A DNA stretch of 43,998 nucleotides, taken from the IMG/VR virus record IMGVR_UViG_2671180473_000007, one strand, 5' to 3'. This document shows positions 7,103-15,531 of the stretch, piece after piece. How positions within the stretch are numbered: the stretch's first letter is position 1; each line of letters begins with the position of its first letter. The DNA comes from a virus (lineage: Duplodnaviria > Heunggongvirae > Uroviricota > Caudoviricetes). A program made the position numbers and the translations under genes. The notes beneath the pieces were generated by a model, which was given only the letters and a program-made list of their open reading frames with translations, was not told the origin of the DNA and did no database searches.

Positions 7103-9157
7103 TTACGCGTTATTCACTTCCACCACGATACTGTCAATCAGTACCGGGTAAGTCGCATTTTTAGTGATATCGGTCACGCGCAACTTGTCTGCCGTAAACG
7201 TGCCGACCGGAGACTGCGACAGCATGAATGGTGTCCCGTCCTTACCATCAATGACCGGCGTCACCTCAATACTGTTGTTACCGGCAAAACGGAAGCCCAG
7301 CGTATGCCATTCGTTATTAAATGCGCCGAATGACCCCAGCTTCGTGTTCTGCGCCGTGTTTCCTTTGTGATACATCACGTTAAGGTCTGTGGCATCGCTC
7401 TGTACGTAGAACGATGCCAGCAGGTTATGACCGGCATTTCCTTCCAGAGTAACCCCTTGCGGCAGGGCAGAAACCGGCCAGTACAGCGCCAGTGCGTACT
7501 GATTAGCCGTAAGCGCGCCATCGAGTTTAAAACGACAACTGACAAGACCACCTTTACCCAGCAGGTCCGCACCATTACCAGCATCATGCTCAAGGTACCA
7601 GGGGGCTCTTCCTGTTTCCTTGGTCAGTTTCATTGCCTTACCCCCGCTGGCTCCGGCATCATCCACGATTTGAGCCTTGCCACCTCCGGCAGCCCAACCC
7701 TGTGGTGTCAACCGTCCTTCAGACTCAGATGCCCGGTAAGCAAATAGCGTACTCATCGTCGTGGTGTCTGCGGGTGGCGTGGACGGTTTTGATGGTGTAT
7801 CAGGTGACGGCTTCTCATCCGGTGGTGTCACGGTCTGCCCACGCATCAGTTCAGCCGTGCGCCCTGCATGGAGCATAATAGCTGAGGCCAGACGGTCTGA
7901 AATGACGCCCCTGCGTGCCCATGAGCTGAAATGGCTGTCACGCTGTGTCGAAACAAAACTGCCCTGGGTTCGGGATGCTGCACCGTAATACCCGACAGCC
8001 ACAATATCCGGGTCTTCCGCCGGAGCATTCGTTGGCGTGCTCTGTCCATTCTCATCCGTCAGGAACGGTACAAAGAAAATTTTCTGTGCTTCCTTGCCTT
8101 TGTAGCCACCGTATACTGCCTCATATTTATCGGTGCCAGCGTTTTTCCAGTAATACGTGGTATCACCGCAAATCCACGGCACCGTGGTGGCATTTCCACT
8201 CACGCACTGCGCAGCAAGCGGAGCCAGGTCAGTTCTGAACTGCTGAACCATGGCCGTGAATAAACTATTATGCTGCTGGCTTCCTGAGGCAAGGTCTGCC
8301 TCTCCCTGCATCCAGACCACAGCCAGAAGTTTGTTTTTCGGGTTTTTCGCCAGCGCGACTTTGGTGCGGCTTACCAGGTCCTGATACAGAGGTTTACCGG
8401 CCCCCCAGCGTGAAGAATCAGCGGAAGCACCGCTGGCCTCACTGAATGAGCCGTCGGCTCCAGTGGTGAATGCTGACCCGCCACGACAACAGGGCACCAG
8501 AAGTATCCCGGCATTCTGTGGGATATAGGGAAGCAGTTTTTTGGCAATATGCAACCCCTGACCGACAGTCCCGTACTGGCCTTTTGCCAGATCAGCTTTC
8601 GGGTGGTTTATCCCGCTCATATCCTGAACATCATGCAGGCAGTGGTCTGCCGGAATGATGTCGTTGTATGTACACGACGTACCGTTGGGCGTTACCGTAC
8701 TGCGGCGTGCCAGTTGCTTAATGCGTGGGTCCGGGCGGTCAAACGAATCCGGTAACGGCAGCCCCTCGCCGTAGGCCATGCCATTTGACTGACCCGCGAG
8801 AATGACAACAAAGTAATATTCCGGCTCTGAACTGCTGCCATTCGTGCTACCGGAAGGCCCGGCGTTATCCGGTGCATTCCAGTCGGAGGGCGTGAGCGTT
8901 CCGGCCACGTCAGATGTGATTGGAATGATGCCAGTCACGCCTGAACTGGTGATTTCTGCACTGGGATTACCGGATACCGGCATTACCCATAATGGCTCTT
9001 TCGTGCTGAAGCGGATCACGCAGTCTGCGAAGGTGATCCCCCCTTTATTACCCGAAGGGCGGAAAGGGCTTTCAATAAATGCCACCGTGCCACCGGCAAC
9101 CTTGACTGAAAACTCTCCGGGCATGGCGGAGAGCATTTTCCACTTGGAGTCTGACAT
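7103..9157 (-). CDS. SASA/SGNH-family carbohydrate esterase (prophage NanS-p-like sialate O-acetylesterase candidate) with C-terminal lectin-like domain
   Basis: 684-aa ORF; VILAGQSNGMAYGEG resembles the GQSNM catalytic block of sialate O-acetylesterase-type domains, with WMQGEAD and DHCLHD further on. Sits between gin and mom, where Mu has no gene. Confidence 0.6.
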   Translation of the reverse strand: MSDSKWKMLSAMPGEFSVKVAGGTVAFIESPFRPSGNKGGITFADCVIRFSTKEPLWVMPVSGNPSAEITSSGVTGIIPITSDVAGTLTPSDWNAPDNAGPSGSTNGSSSEPEYYFVVILAGQSNGMAYGEGLPLPDSFDRPDPRIKQLARRSTVTPNGTSCTYNDIIPADHCLHDVQDMSGINHPKADLAKGQYGTVGQGLHIAKKLLPYIPQNAGILLVPCCRGGSAFTTGADGSFSEASGASADSSRWGAGKPLYQDLVSRTKVALAKNPKNKLLAVVWMQGEADLASGSQQHNSLFTAMVQQFRTDLAPLAAQCVSGNATTVPWICGDTTYYWKNAGTDKYEAVYGGYKGKEAQKIFFVPFLTDENGQSTPTNAPAEDPDIVAVGYYGAASRTQGSFVSTQRDSHFSSWARRGVISDRLASAIMLHAGRTAELMRGQTVTPPDEKPSPDTPSKPSTPPADTTTMSTLFAYRASESEGRLTPQGWAAGGGKAQIVDDAGASGGKAMKLTKETGRAPWYLEHDAGNGADLLGKGGLVSCRFKLDGALTANQYALALYWPVSALPQGVTLEGNAGHNLLASFYVQSDATDLNVMYHKGNTAQNTKLGSFGAFNNEWHTLGFRFAGNNSIEVTPVIDGKDGTPFMLSQSPVGTFTADKLRVTDITKNATYPVLIDSIVVEVNNA

Positions 9158-9233
9158 CGTCTTTTCTGCCTGTTTCTGAATTAAACAGAGTCAGAATAGC
9201 GACCGCTGAAAAATATGTGTTTTGCGGAAATTC

Positions 9234-9262
9234 AAAAAAGCGTCACGGTACTTTTGGTGACG
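9234..9262 (-). terminator. Rho-independent terminator at the 3' end of the invertase gene
   Basis: Stem cgtcac/gtgacg (9241-9246/9257-9262) overlapping the invertase stop, followed on the minus strand by a U6 run (plus-strand aaaaaa 9234-9239). Confidence 0.45.
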
Positions 9263-9815
9263 GAGCTGGTGAGGCAGGAAAATAACGATAAAGGGTGGAA
9301 AGGCCAATATCAAATATCAGTGCGATTTGTTTACGGGACTCGCCATTAGCCAGCAAACGGGCGATTTGCTCCCGCTCTTTCTCTGTCAGTTTCTGAGGTC
9401 TGCCGCCATGACGCCCCTGAGCACGGGCAGCAGCAAGACCCGCGCGTGTACGTTCAATAATGAGTTCCCGCTCCATTTCCGCCAGCGCGCCCATTATATG
9501 GAAAAAGAAACGTCCCATGGGAGTGGATGTATCAATATTGTCCGTAATGCTGCGGAAGTTAACGCCGCGTTGCCGGAGTTCTTCTGTTAAAAGGACAAGG
9601 TGCTGCATACTGCGTCCAAGGCGATCCAGTTTCCAGACCAGCAGGGTATCCCCTGGCCGGAGTCGCTTTAATGCGCGTTTAAGTCCGGGACGCTCCCTTG
9701 TCTTACCGCTTATTCTGTCTTCGAAAAACAGCTCACATCCTGCACATTCCAGCGCATTTCTTTGTAGCGCCGTATTCTGGTCATTTGTTGACACCCTGAT
9801 ATACCCAATCAGCAT
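9243..9815 (-). CDS. gin: Serine-recombinase DNA invertase (Gin/Pin/Cin/Hin family)
   Basis: 190-aa ORF MLIGYIRVSTNDQNTALQRNALECAGCELFFEDRISGKTRERPGLKRALKRLRPGDTLLVWKLDRLGRSM..., near-colinear with Mu Gin as I recall it; adjacent to a gix-like site and the invertible segment. Confidence 0.93.
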   Translation of the reverse strand: MLIGYIRVSTNDQNTALQRNALECAGCELFFEDRISGKTRERPGLKRALKRLRPGDTLLVWKLDRLGRSMQHLVLLTEELRQRGVNFRSITDNIDTSTPMGRFFFHIMGALAEMERELIIERTRAGLAAARAQGRHGGRPQKLTEKEREQIARLLANGESRKQIALIFDIGLSTLYRYFPASPAPSPKVP

Positions 9816-9880
9816 ACGATTTCCTTATTATAAAAAGCCGGAATTGTCGCATGAGGAATAAAACAGAGTTAATCCTGGCT

Positions 9881-9906
9881 TTCCTGAAAACCTCGGTTTA
9901 CGGGAA
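9881..9906. other. gix-like recombination site (left crossover site of invertible segment)
   Basis: TTCCTGAAAACCTCGGTTTACGGGAA: 26-bp imperfect dyad closely resembling the Gin/Hin-family crossover-site consensus; 66 bp from the invertase start. Confidence 0.7.
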
Positions 9907-10018
9907 ACGGTAAACAGGGCGGCGAATGCTCTGCCATCGGACGGCACCGCCGTTGCCGCGAATAGACTCGCCACCCCAAGAAATATTAATGGGGTTCCCT
10001 TTGACGGGACGCAGGACA
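9894..10018 (+). repeat. Inverted repeat, left copy (~125 bp)
   Basis: Near-identical to the reverse complement of 11087-11211 with one divergent central patch; encodes ...[24 protein letters not shown]...[12 protein letters not shown] in both copies. Confidence 0.85.
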
Positions 10019-10254
10019 TAAACATCACTTCTGGTATAACACAGCAGGATGCGGATTCCCGATATATCCAGGATATCAGGCTGGGAGCAGAGAACAGGCA
10101 GGTAATGTACGGTGGGGCATATTACTCTGCGTACGGTAATGTTATGGCAGGCCTGCAGATTGACAGTAAAGTTGATGCTTCAAACGATTTTATAGCATTC
10201 AGACCCCTGCAAAAATTAGTCGGAGGTACATGGATTACGGTATCTCAGTTATAA
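9894..10254 (+). other. Silent alternative tail-fibre C-terminal cassette (Sv'-like), promoterless in current orientation
   Basis: Plus-strand frame continuing from the inverted repeat: ...[89 protein letters not shown], stop at 10252-10254; no start codon of its own. Confidence 0.7.
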
Positions 10255-10305
10255 ATAGTCAGTAAATAATATATTTTAAAACAGATTTATTTCCAGGAGG
10301 ATTTT

Positions 10306-10827
10306 ATGGAACTAAAAAATATAACCCGTTATTATCCTGAAAATATGCCATATGGTAATAATGTTCAGTATTTCCAGAGTGAAGATGGTAAGGATTTCTA
10401 CGAATCCCTGCCATTATTCACCAAAAAATATAAACTTTGCATAACACCTGACAGCGGCGTTATCTGCTCAATATCACAGGACGCCTCGGCGCTGTATCCT
10501 GCGGGGTTTTCTGTGGTTGAGGTCGATGAACTCCCTGAAGGCACGGATATTTCAGGAAACTGGAAGTTTGATAATGGCATAATCTCCCGTATTCCGGTTA
10601 ACTACGCAAGAAAACTGGAAGCAATGCGCCAGTCATATCTTAATCAGGCATATGAAAAAATTAATGACTGGAGAACGGAGCTACAACTGGGCACCATCAG
10701 CGATGAAGACAGAGCAGCACTTACCCAATGGATGGCATACATCAGTCAGGTGAAGAAAATGGAACTACCCGCCATTAAAACAGAAGCTGAATTTAACGCC
10801 ATTAAATGGCCTGAGCAGCCACAGTAA
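10306..10827 (+). CDS. Tail fibre assembly protein (U'/Tfa-like) inside the invertible segment
   Basis: 173-aa ORF with AGGAGG RBS; C-terminus ...EAEFNAIKWPEQPQ typical of Tfa chaperones; follows the Sv' cassette on the same strand. Confidence 0.75.
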   Translation: MELKNITRYYPENMPYGNNVQYFQSEDGKDFYESLPLFTKKYKLCITPDSGVICSISQDASALYPAGFSVVEVDELPEGTDISGNWKFDNGIISRIPVNYARKLEAMRQSYLNQAYEKINDWRTELQLGTISDEDRAALTQWMAYISQVKKMELPAIKTEAEFNAIKWPEQPQ

Positions 10828-10831
10828 TAAA

Positions 10832-10849
10832 GAAGGCCGGAAGGCCTTC
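10832..10849. terminator. Bidirectional terminator hairpin between convergent tfa and tail-fibre genes
   Basis: Stem gaaggcc/ggccttc with ggaa loop, flanked by A/T-rich tracts on both sides. Confidence 0.5.
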
Positions 10850-10858
10850 TGAATATCA

Positions 10859-11740
10859 TTATATACTTGCAGCCGTCACCCATGCTCCATTTAACAGATA
10901 CTGCAACGGCCGGTAATACACGCCGCCGACGTTATCTGCCGTATTCTTACCGACATCCTGTACTTTAATTCCGGTAAGAACATTGCCGCCCCCCAGATTC
11001 AGATCCCAGCTTTCCCATGTTCCGGGCATATGTGCGGTCACCGACCCCAGTCTTATGGCGGTTACTGTTCCTGATGAGATAGTGATATCCTGCGTCCCGT
11101 CAAAGGGAACACCATTAATTGTGTGGGCATTTGCCAGCCTGTTCGCGGCAACGGCGGTGCCGTCCGATGGCAGGGCATTCGCCGCCCTGTTTACCGTTTC
11201 CCGTAAACCGACGTTATCGATAAAAGCCCCTTTATCCGGAATGTCTGCGCCGTTCTGCTCCCTGCGCAGGTAACGGTTATCACCTTCGCTTTTGCTGTAA
11301 ACATCCAGATTATTACGGGCGGTTCCCTTATTCTCCAGGTCGGCGAGATTCTGATCCTTCGCCAGGGCATTAACGTCAGCGGGACCAAGACTGTTTTTTG
11401 TGGCAAGCGTCCCCAGACCAAGATAACCACGGGCCAGACGCTGGGCCTCCGCACCGGCATCAGCAATTTCTTTCAGGTTATTTTTCCGGGAAAAGGCATT
11501 CGCAGCGATAATGGCTTTAATGGACAGCGTAAGCTGGTTTAACTGCGCCTTATCCGGCTGAATACTGGCTTCAGCCAGAATATTCAGCAGTTCGGCCTGG
11601 AGAATATTCAGCCAGTCCTGACCAATCCAGCTGATACCTTTTTGTCCGTCACCTTCGGTAAACCAGGTGGTGGTATTACTCTGCGCCGGTGCCAGCGCAG
11701 GCATATTCGCCACGCCGGAATTATTATCAACATGAAACAT
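10859..11740 (-). CDS. Tail fibre protein (S-like): constant N-terminal part plus currently expressed variable C-terminus
   Basis: 293-aa ORF; residues ~177-218 are encoded by the right inverted repeat and the last ~75 aa lie inside the invertible segment; start overlaps the upstream baseplate gene stop (TAATG). Confidence 0.85.
   Translation of the reverse strand: MFHVDNNSGVANMPALAPAQSNTTTWFTEGDGQKGISWIGQDWLNILQAELLNILAEASIQPDKAQLNQLTLSIKAIIAANAFSRKNNLKEIADAGAEAQRLARGYLGLGTLATKNSLGPADVNALAKDQNLADLENKGTARNNLDVYSKSEGDNRYLRREQNGADIPDKGAFIDNVGLRETVNRAANALPSDGTAVAANRLANAHTINGVPFDGTQDITISSGTVTAIRLGSVTAHMPGTWESWDLNLGGGNVLTGIKVQDVGKNTADNVGGVYYRPLQYLLNGAWVTAASI
11087..11211 (-). repeat. Inverted repeat, right copy (~125 bp)
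   Basis: Reverse complement of 9894-10018 with a few mismatches. Confidence 0.85.
11198..11223. other. gix-like recombination site (right crossover site)
   Basis: TTCCCGTAAACCGACGTTATCGATAA, 26-bp imperfect dyad related to the left site, at the outer edge of the right inverted repeat. Confidence 0.65.
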
Positions 11741-12300
11741 TAAATAGTCTCCTCTTCATGGCTGTTTGCATAAACGTAAATAAACGTCTGCCATGCAGGC
11801 TTATAACGGTTCAGAATACATTCCAGCGCACCGCCTTCATAAATACGCAGCGGCGTGAGAATATCATCCAGCACATTCATATTCCGGTAGCCGGTTTCAC
11901 TGTTAATCGTGACAATACTGACCCACTGCGAATCCGGTGAGGGCTGAATGTCAATCTGATAACCAAACTCCGCCGCAAACCGGATATAAAATTCACGGTT
12001 CAGCGAGGGCTTCATCCGGTATTTATTTCCGGCATAACGCTGTCGCTCCGTGAGGGTGGCTCCGGCCATATCACACTCGGGAAGCCCGAGATAACGCTCC
12101 CAGTCTTCCAGCAGCAGGCGCGACGTGTCAGGGAAACGCTCGGCAAGCAGCTGTTTACCCGTCCAGGATACACGCGCTGTCGAATGACTGAGGCCCAGAC
12201 ATAATGATGCCAGTACGGATGACGGACGCTTGTCCCATGCCAGCCCGTCAGGCAGTAACTGCAACAGGGCGCGCTGATGCGGGGTCAGGGTTACAGCCAT
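11740..12300 (-). CDS. Baseplate/tail protein (Mu gp48-like)
   Basis: 186-aa ORF immediately upstream of the tail fibre gene, as in Mu; assignment by position. Confidence 0.6.
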   Translation of the reverse strand: MAVTLTPHQRALLQLLPDGLAWDKRPSSVLASLCLGLSHSTARVSWTGKQLLAERFPDTSRLLLEDWERYLGLPECDMAGATLTERQRYAGNKYRMKPSLNREFYIRFAAEFGYQIDIQPSPDSQWVSIVTINSETGYRNMNVLDDILTPLRIYEGGALECILNRYKPAWQTFIYVYANSHEEETI

Positions 12301-13373
12301 GTGATTTCTCCTACCGTCAGCAGCTCACTGTCTCCCGCCTGAACTGACGTCAGCGGACTGCGCACTTCAAAATCCTCCAGATTTTTCACCCCTGCCACCG
12401 CCCGCCAGAAAGACGACGGCAGAACCAGACCGCCGGGCCGGGATTCGTTATACAACAGGTCGGTCAGCGCCTGTTTTACGGCCGCCTGATTCTCCGGTGT
12501 TTTCGGGATGATCCTGATGCTGAAGGGCACCGGCTTATTGGTCAGTTTAAACACGGTCACCGTCGGCCCCAGAGGCTGTCCGACAGGCTGGCCGGTCGCC
12601 GGATCATCATGACTGCGGATATAATCCGCCACCCGCTGAACATCACCGTCACCGGGGAAAATATCCGGGTTATTATCCTGAACAAACGTTACCCCCACGC
12701 TGCCCGCCTGCGGCCATTCCGGGCGGCACCATGCCCGCGTCACGCCCGGCACTTCACGCGCCCAGCGTTCAAAATCATACTGCGTGCCGCCGGACGGTGG
12801 ATTCTGCACCCGGAAAACCAGACGGGAAAGCAGCTCCGGCACGGTTTCCACATCCGCACCACCGGTGATCCCCGTTCCGGTCACCGTGGCCGTCTGGTTG
12901 ATCCCCGCCTGCGGTGTGATAAATGTCAGTTTTGTCCCTGCCGGGGCATTCCCCGCACGACCGGCACTTTCGGCTTCCACACTGACATTCAGCGTACCGG
13001 CCTTACCGGTCAGGGAGGTGGTGATACGGTAAACCACGCCATCACTTCGCTGGAGAAGCACACCTTCCTTGATCCCCGCATCCGTGGTCAGCATCAGCTG
13101 AACCGGCCCGTCCCCCCGAGAGGCAGGCTTACGCATGACGCCCCAGAATGCACAGTGTTTCAGCAGTTCGGCTTCATCGGCTTCGGTCGGGATGATCTGA
13201 CGCGCAATCCAGGCCAGATGCTCATGCTCCTGAGCAGATAACCCTGCCTGAGCGTAAGCAATGGCATTCAGGGTGGTTTCATTCACACCCGGCTGCGAGC
13301 CGGGCAGGCGCTGGCTGATATCCTGCTGTGTCTGCGTGATTAACTGTGCCAGCGGTAAAGGCTGATAAGGCAT
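12291..13373 (-). CDS. Baseplate J-like protein (Mu gp47-like)
   Basis: 360-aa ORF in the baseplate gene block; assignment by size and position. Confidence 0.65.
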   Translation of the reverse strand: MPYQPLPLAQLITQTQQDISQRLPGSQPGVNETTLNAIAYAQAGLSAQEHEHLAWIARQIIPTEADEAELLKHCAFWGVMRKPASRGDGPVQLMLTTDAGIKEGVLLQRSDGVVYRITTSLTGKAGTLNVSVEAESAGRAGNAPAGTKLTFITPQAGINQTATVTGTGITGGADVETVPELLSRLVFRVQNPPSGGTQYDFERWAREVPGVTRAWCRPEWPQAGSVGVTFVQDNNPDIFPGDGDVQRVADYIRSHDDPATGQPVGQPLGPTVTVFKLTNKPVPFSIRIIPKTPENQAAVKQALTDLLYNESRPGGLVLPSSFWRAVAGVKNLEDFEVRSPLTSVQAGDSELLTVGEITWL

Positions 13374-13810
13374 TACTCCCCCTTAAGATCAGCATAAAAA
13401 ATCATGGGCCTCACTGAACCATCAGGCAGGGTTATGCGCACCGAAAGCGCCAGCCGCGCGTGTCCCACACGTTCTGCATGACAGACCACGGATGACGCCA
13501 CGCCATCCTGACTGAGCCAGCCCAGCGCCTCATCCGCGTAAGCACGGGCACGGCTTATCACCGAGGCCAGCGTTTTTTCCCGGCTGAGAAGCCACAGACG
13601 GGAGCCAATGGGGCGCGGGCGAAAACTGTCTCCCCACCATCCCCGGCGGTCGCGCGTACCGTCAGGGATTTCATCCGATGCCAGCGCCCGGCGGTCAGTA
13701 AACAGCGAAATCAGAACGGCCGTCAGCAGACTGTCATCCGTCAGCAAGTCGGCACCGTTCAGTTGCAGCGAACCGCACCCCTGATCCCATACAATTGCAA
13801 TATCAGCCAT
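13373..13810 (-). CDS. Baseplate protein (Mu gp46-like)
   Basis: ORF track 13373..13954 trimmed to the ATG at 13810 (MADIAIVWDQG...), which overlaps the upstream stop as ATGGCTGA. Confidence 0.55.
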   Translation of the reverse strand: MADIAIVWDQGCGSLQLNGADLLTDDSLLTAVLISLFTDRRALASDEIPDGTRDRRGWWGDSFRPRPIGSRLWLLSREKTLASVISRARAYADEALGWLSQDGVASSVVCHAERVGHARLALSVRITLPDGSVRPMIFYADLKGE

Positions 13811-14417
13811 TCTCCGGCGCTCCTGTCTTACTGCCTTTGCCGTTATCCTGATGCACATGGCCGGAATAGGTGATCCCGGCAATAACGGCATCAGACATCG
13901 TGAACAGCCCGTCTGATTTACCTGTACCATCAAGCACGAAATTACCCTTAACATGCAGGTTTTTATCCACCGTCACATTGCCCGTAAAGGTGGCCTCCGG
14001 CGTATCCACCCGCATCCCCTCATCGGCGTAAATCTCCAGCATTTTGCATGTCACAATAATGCGACCATCCTTTGTTAACCGTATCCGGTGCCCCTCATGG
14101 TGATACACCCCCGTATCTCCGGCTGTGAGTCCGGTCGGGCGGCTGCGCCGGTCTTCCACCACAAGCACCACAGTCTGATCCCGCTGTCCGCCCAGACAGG
14201 CAAAAAAGGTTTCCGCACCCGGCAGGGGAACGCTGATCTGCCCGTACTGCTGGGGACGCTCCACATCATCAAAGGTTTCGCCGTCCATGCCGGTGAGCTG
14301 CACATTCTGCATTTTCAGTTCGTCATGTGTGCCGGTCAGAACGCCCCGGCCAAACAACAGGCGAATACCGCGCGTTACCGGGGCAATCAGGCGGCTGAAC
14401 ACTTCATCATTCATCAA
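13803..14417 (-). CDS. Baseplate assembly/spike protein (Mu gp45-like)
   Basis: 204-aa ORF in the baseplate block; assignment by position. Confidence 0.6.
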   Translation of the reverse strand: MMNDEVFSRLIAPVTRGIRLLFGRGVLTGTHDELKMQNVQLTGMDGETFDDVERPQQYGQISVPLPGAETFFACLGGQRDQTVVLVVEDRRSRPTGLTAGDTGVYHHEGHRIRLTKDGRIIVTCKMLEIYADEGMRVDTPEATFTGNVTVDKNLHVKGNFVLDGTGKSDGLFTMSDAVIAGITYSGHVHQDNGKGSKTGAPENG

Positions 14418-15531
14418 AGCTGATCCCCTGTTTTTTCATCTGCTGGCGAATAAAGGCATCAACATCGTCACCGGAACCACCCCGGCCCTTACTGTCCGGC
14501 TCTGCCGGAACGATAAAGCCGTCACGCGGTGCCAGTACCAGCCGGGTGACTTCCCCGTTATGTTCATCAAGTAAAAACTCCACCTGACAGACCAGCAGTT
14601 CAGTCTGTTCTATACCGAAACGCAGGGCTGAAACACCGGTCAGCAGATTGACATCCCATAACCGGCCATCATCCCGGAACCAGCCACGCACGGTGGCAGA
14701 AAACCGTTCTGAACGGGCAATCGCACGGCGCATTTCACGCAGGGCACGCTGCCGTGCACCGGTGGTGTCTGTCTGTTGATCGGCGAGGATGATTTTCGAC
14801 CGGTAGCGGCCGATCTGCTCATCACTGATGACGCCCACAGGTGCTGCCAGACGGGCGGCGGATTCGCTGTCTCCCCGTTTGCCACCACCGCGCCCGTGTC
14901 CCCGGACACGGTATTCGCTGTATCGTCCTCGCCAGTCCGTGTTGTAATCGGCATCAAGCAGGTTATCTCCCAGCACCAGTCTGTCCGTCTGCTGGCTTCC
15001 TGCCTGGGTGAACACCAGATCGCCGTCAGCATTACTGGTCACCAGCACCCCGCGATGCCGGGCAGCACGGGTCAGCGCATCCGCCACGGTTTCTGAGTTT
15101 TCCAGCGTAAAAGAGCTGAAGGGGCGTGCAGCCGTGTCGTCGTTAACCTGCCAGCGCACGGCTATCCCGAAGGGCGCACATAAATCTGCGGCAATCTGTG
15201 CCAGCGTCCGGTTGCGCCACTGGCTGCCGGGATGGATGGCGGCACAGTCCACCAGGTCGCCGGTTTTATCCCGACCGCTGATGCTGATCTGATGACGGGT
15301 TGCACTGATCCGCTGACTGACCTGATCCAGCCAGCCACTGATGACCGTCTGCCCGTTAATTCTGAGCGTCAGGGACTGACCGGTTCGCAGGGCTGAGGGG
15401 ATGCGCTCACCGGGCAGCATCAGCCCCAGTTCAAACGACCCGGCCAGATGCTCCAGCGAGCGACGGACGCTGACCGTCAGCCAGCCGGAAAAAATACTGC
15501 CACCGATATACAGTTCAATCCTGCTGCTCAC
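14407..15531 (-). CDS. Baseplate hub protein (Mu gp44/P-like)
   Basis: 374-aa ORF downstream of the N-like gene; assignment by size and position. Confidence 0.6.
   Translation of the reverse strand: MSSRIELYIGGSIFSGWLTVSVRRSLEHLAGSFELGLMLPGERIPSALRTGQSLTLRINGQTVISGWLDQVSQRISATRHQISISGRDKTGDLVDCAAIHPGSQWRNRTLAQIAADLCAPFGIAVRWQVNDDTAARPFSSFTLENSETVADALTRAARHRGVLVTSNADGDLVFTQAGSQQTDRLVLGDNLLDADYNTDWRGRYSEYRVRGHGRGGGKRGDSESAARLAAPVGVISDEQIGRYRSKIILADQQTDTTGARQRALREMRRAIARSERFSATVRGWFRDDGRLWDVNLLTGVSALRFGIEQTELLVCQVEFLLDEHNGEVTRLVLAPRDGFIVPAEPDSKGRGGSGDDVDAFIRQQMKKQGISFDE

Noticed and set aside
7945-8263. Plus-strand ORFs inside the esterase gene (7633..7878, 7761..7988, 7931..8263, 7945..8238)
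   Set aside because: Antisense to a long ORF with recognisable catalytic motifs; compositionally implausible.
12609-13241. Plus-strand ORFs antisense to baseplate genes (also 14088..14423, 15794..16399, 24023..24586, 28258..28857, 30805..31425, 40126..40683, 40975..41493)
   Set aside because: All lie opposite long well-supported minus-strand genes and have low-complexity translations; regarded as frame artefacts.
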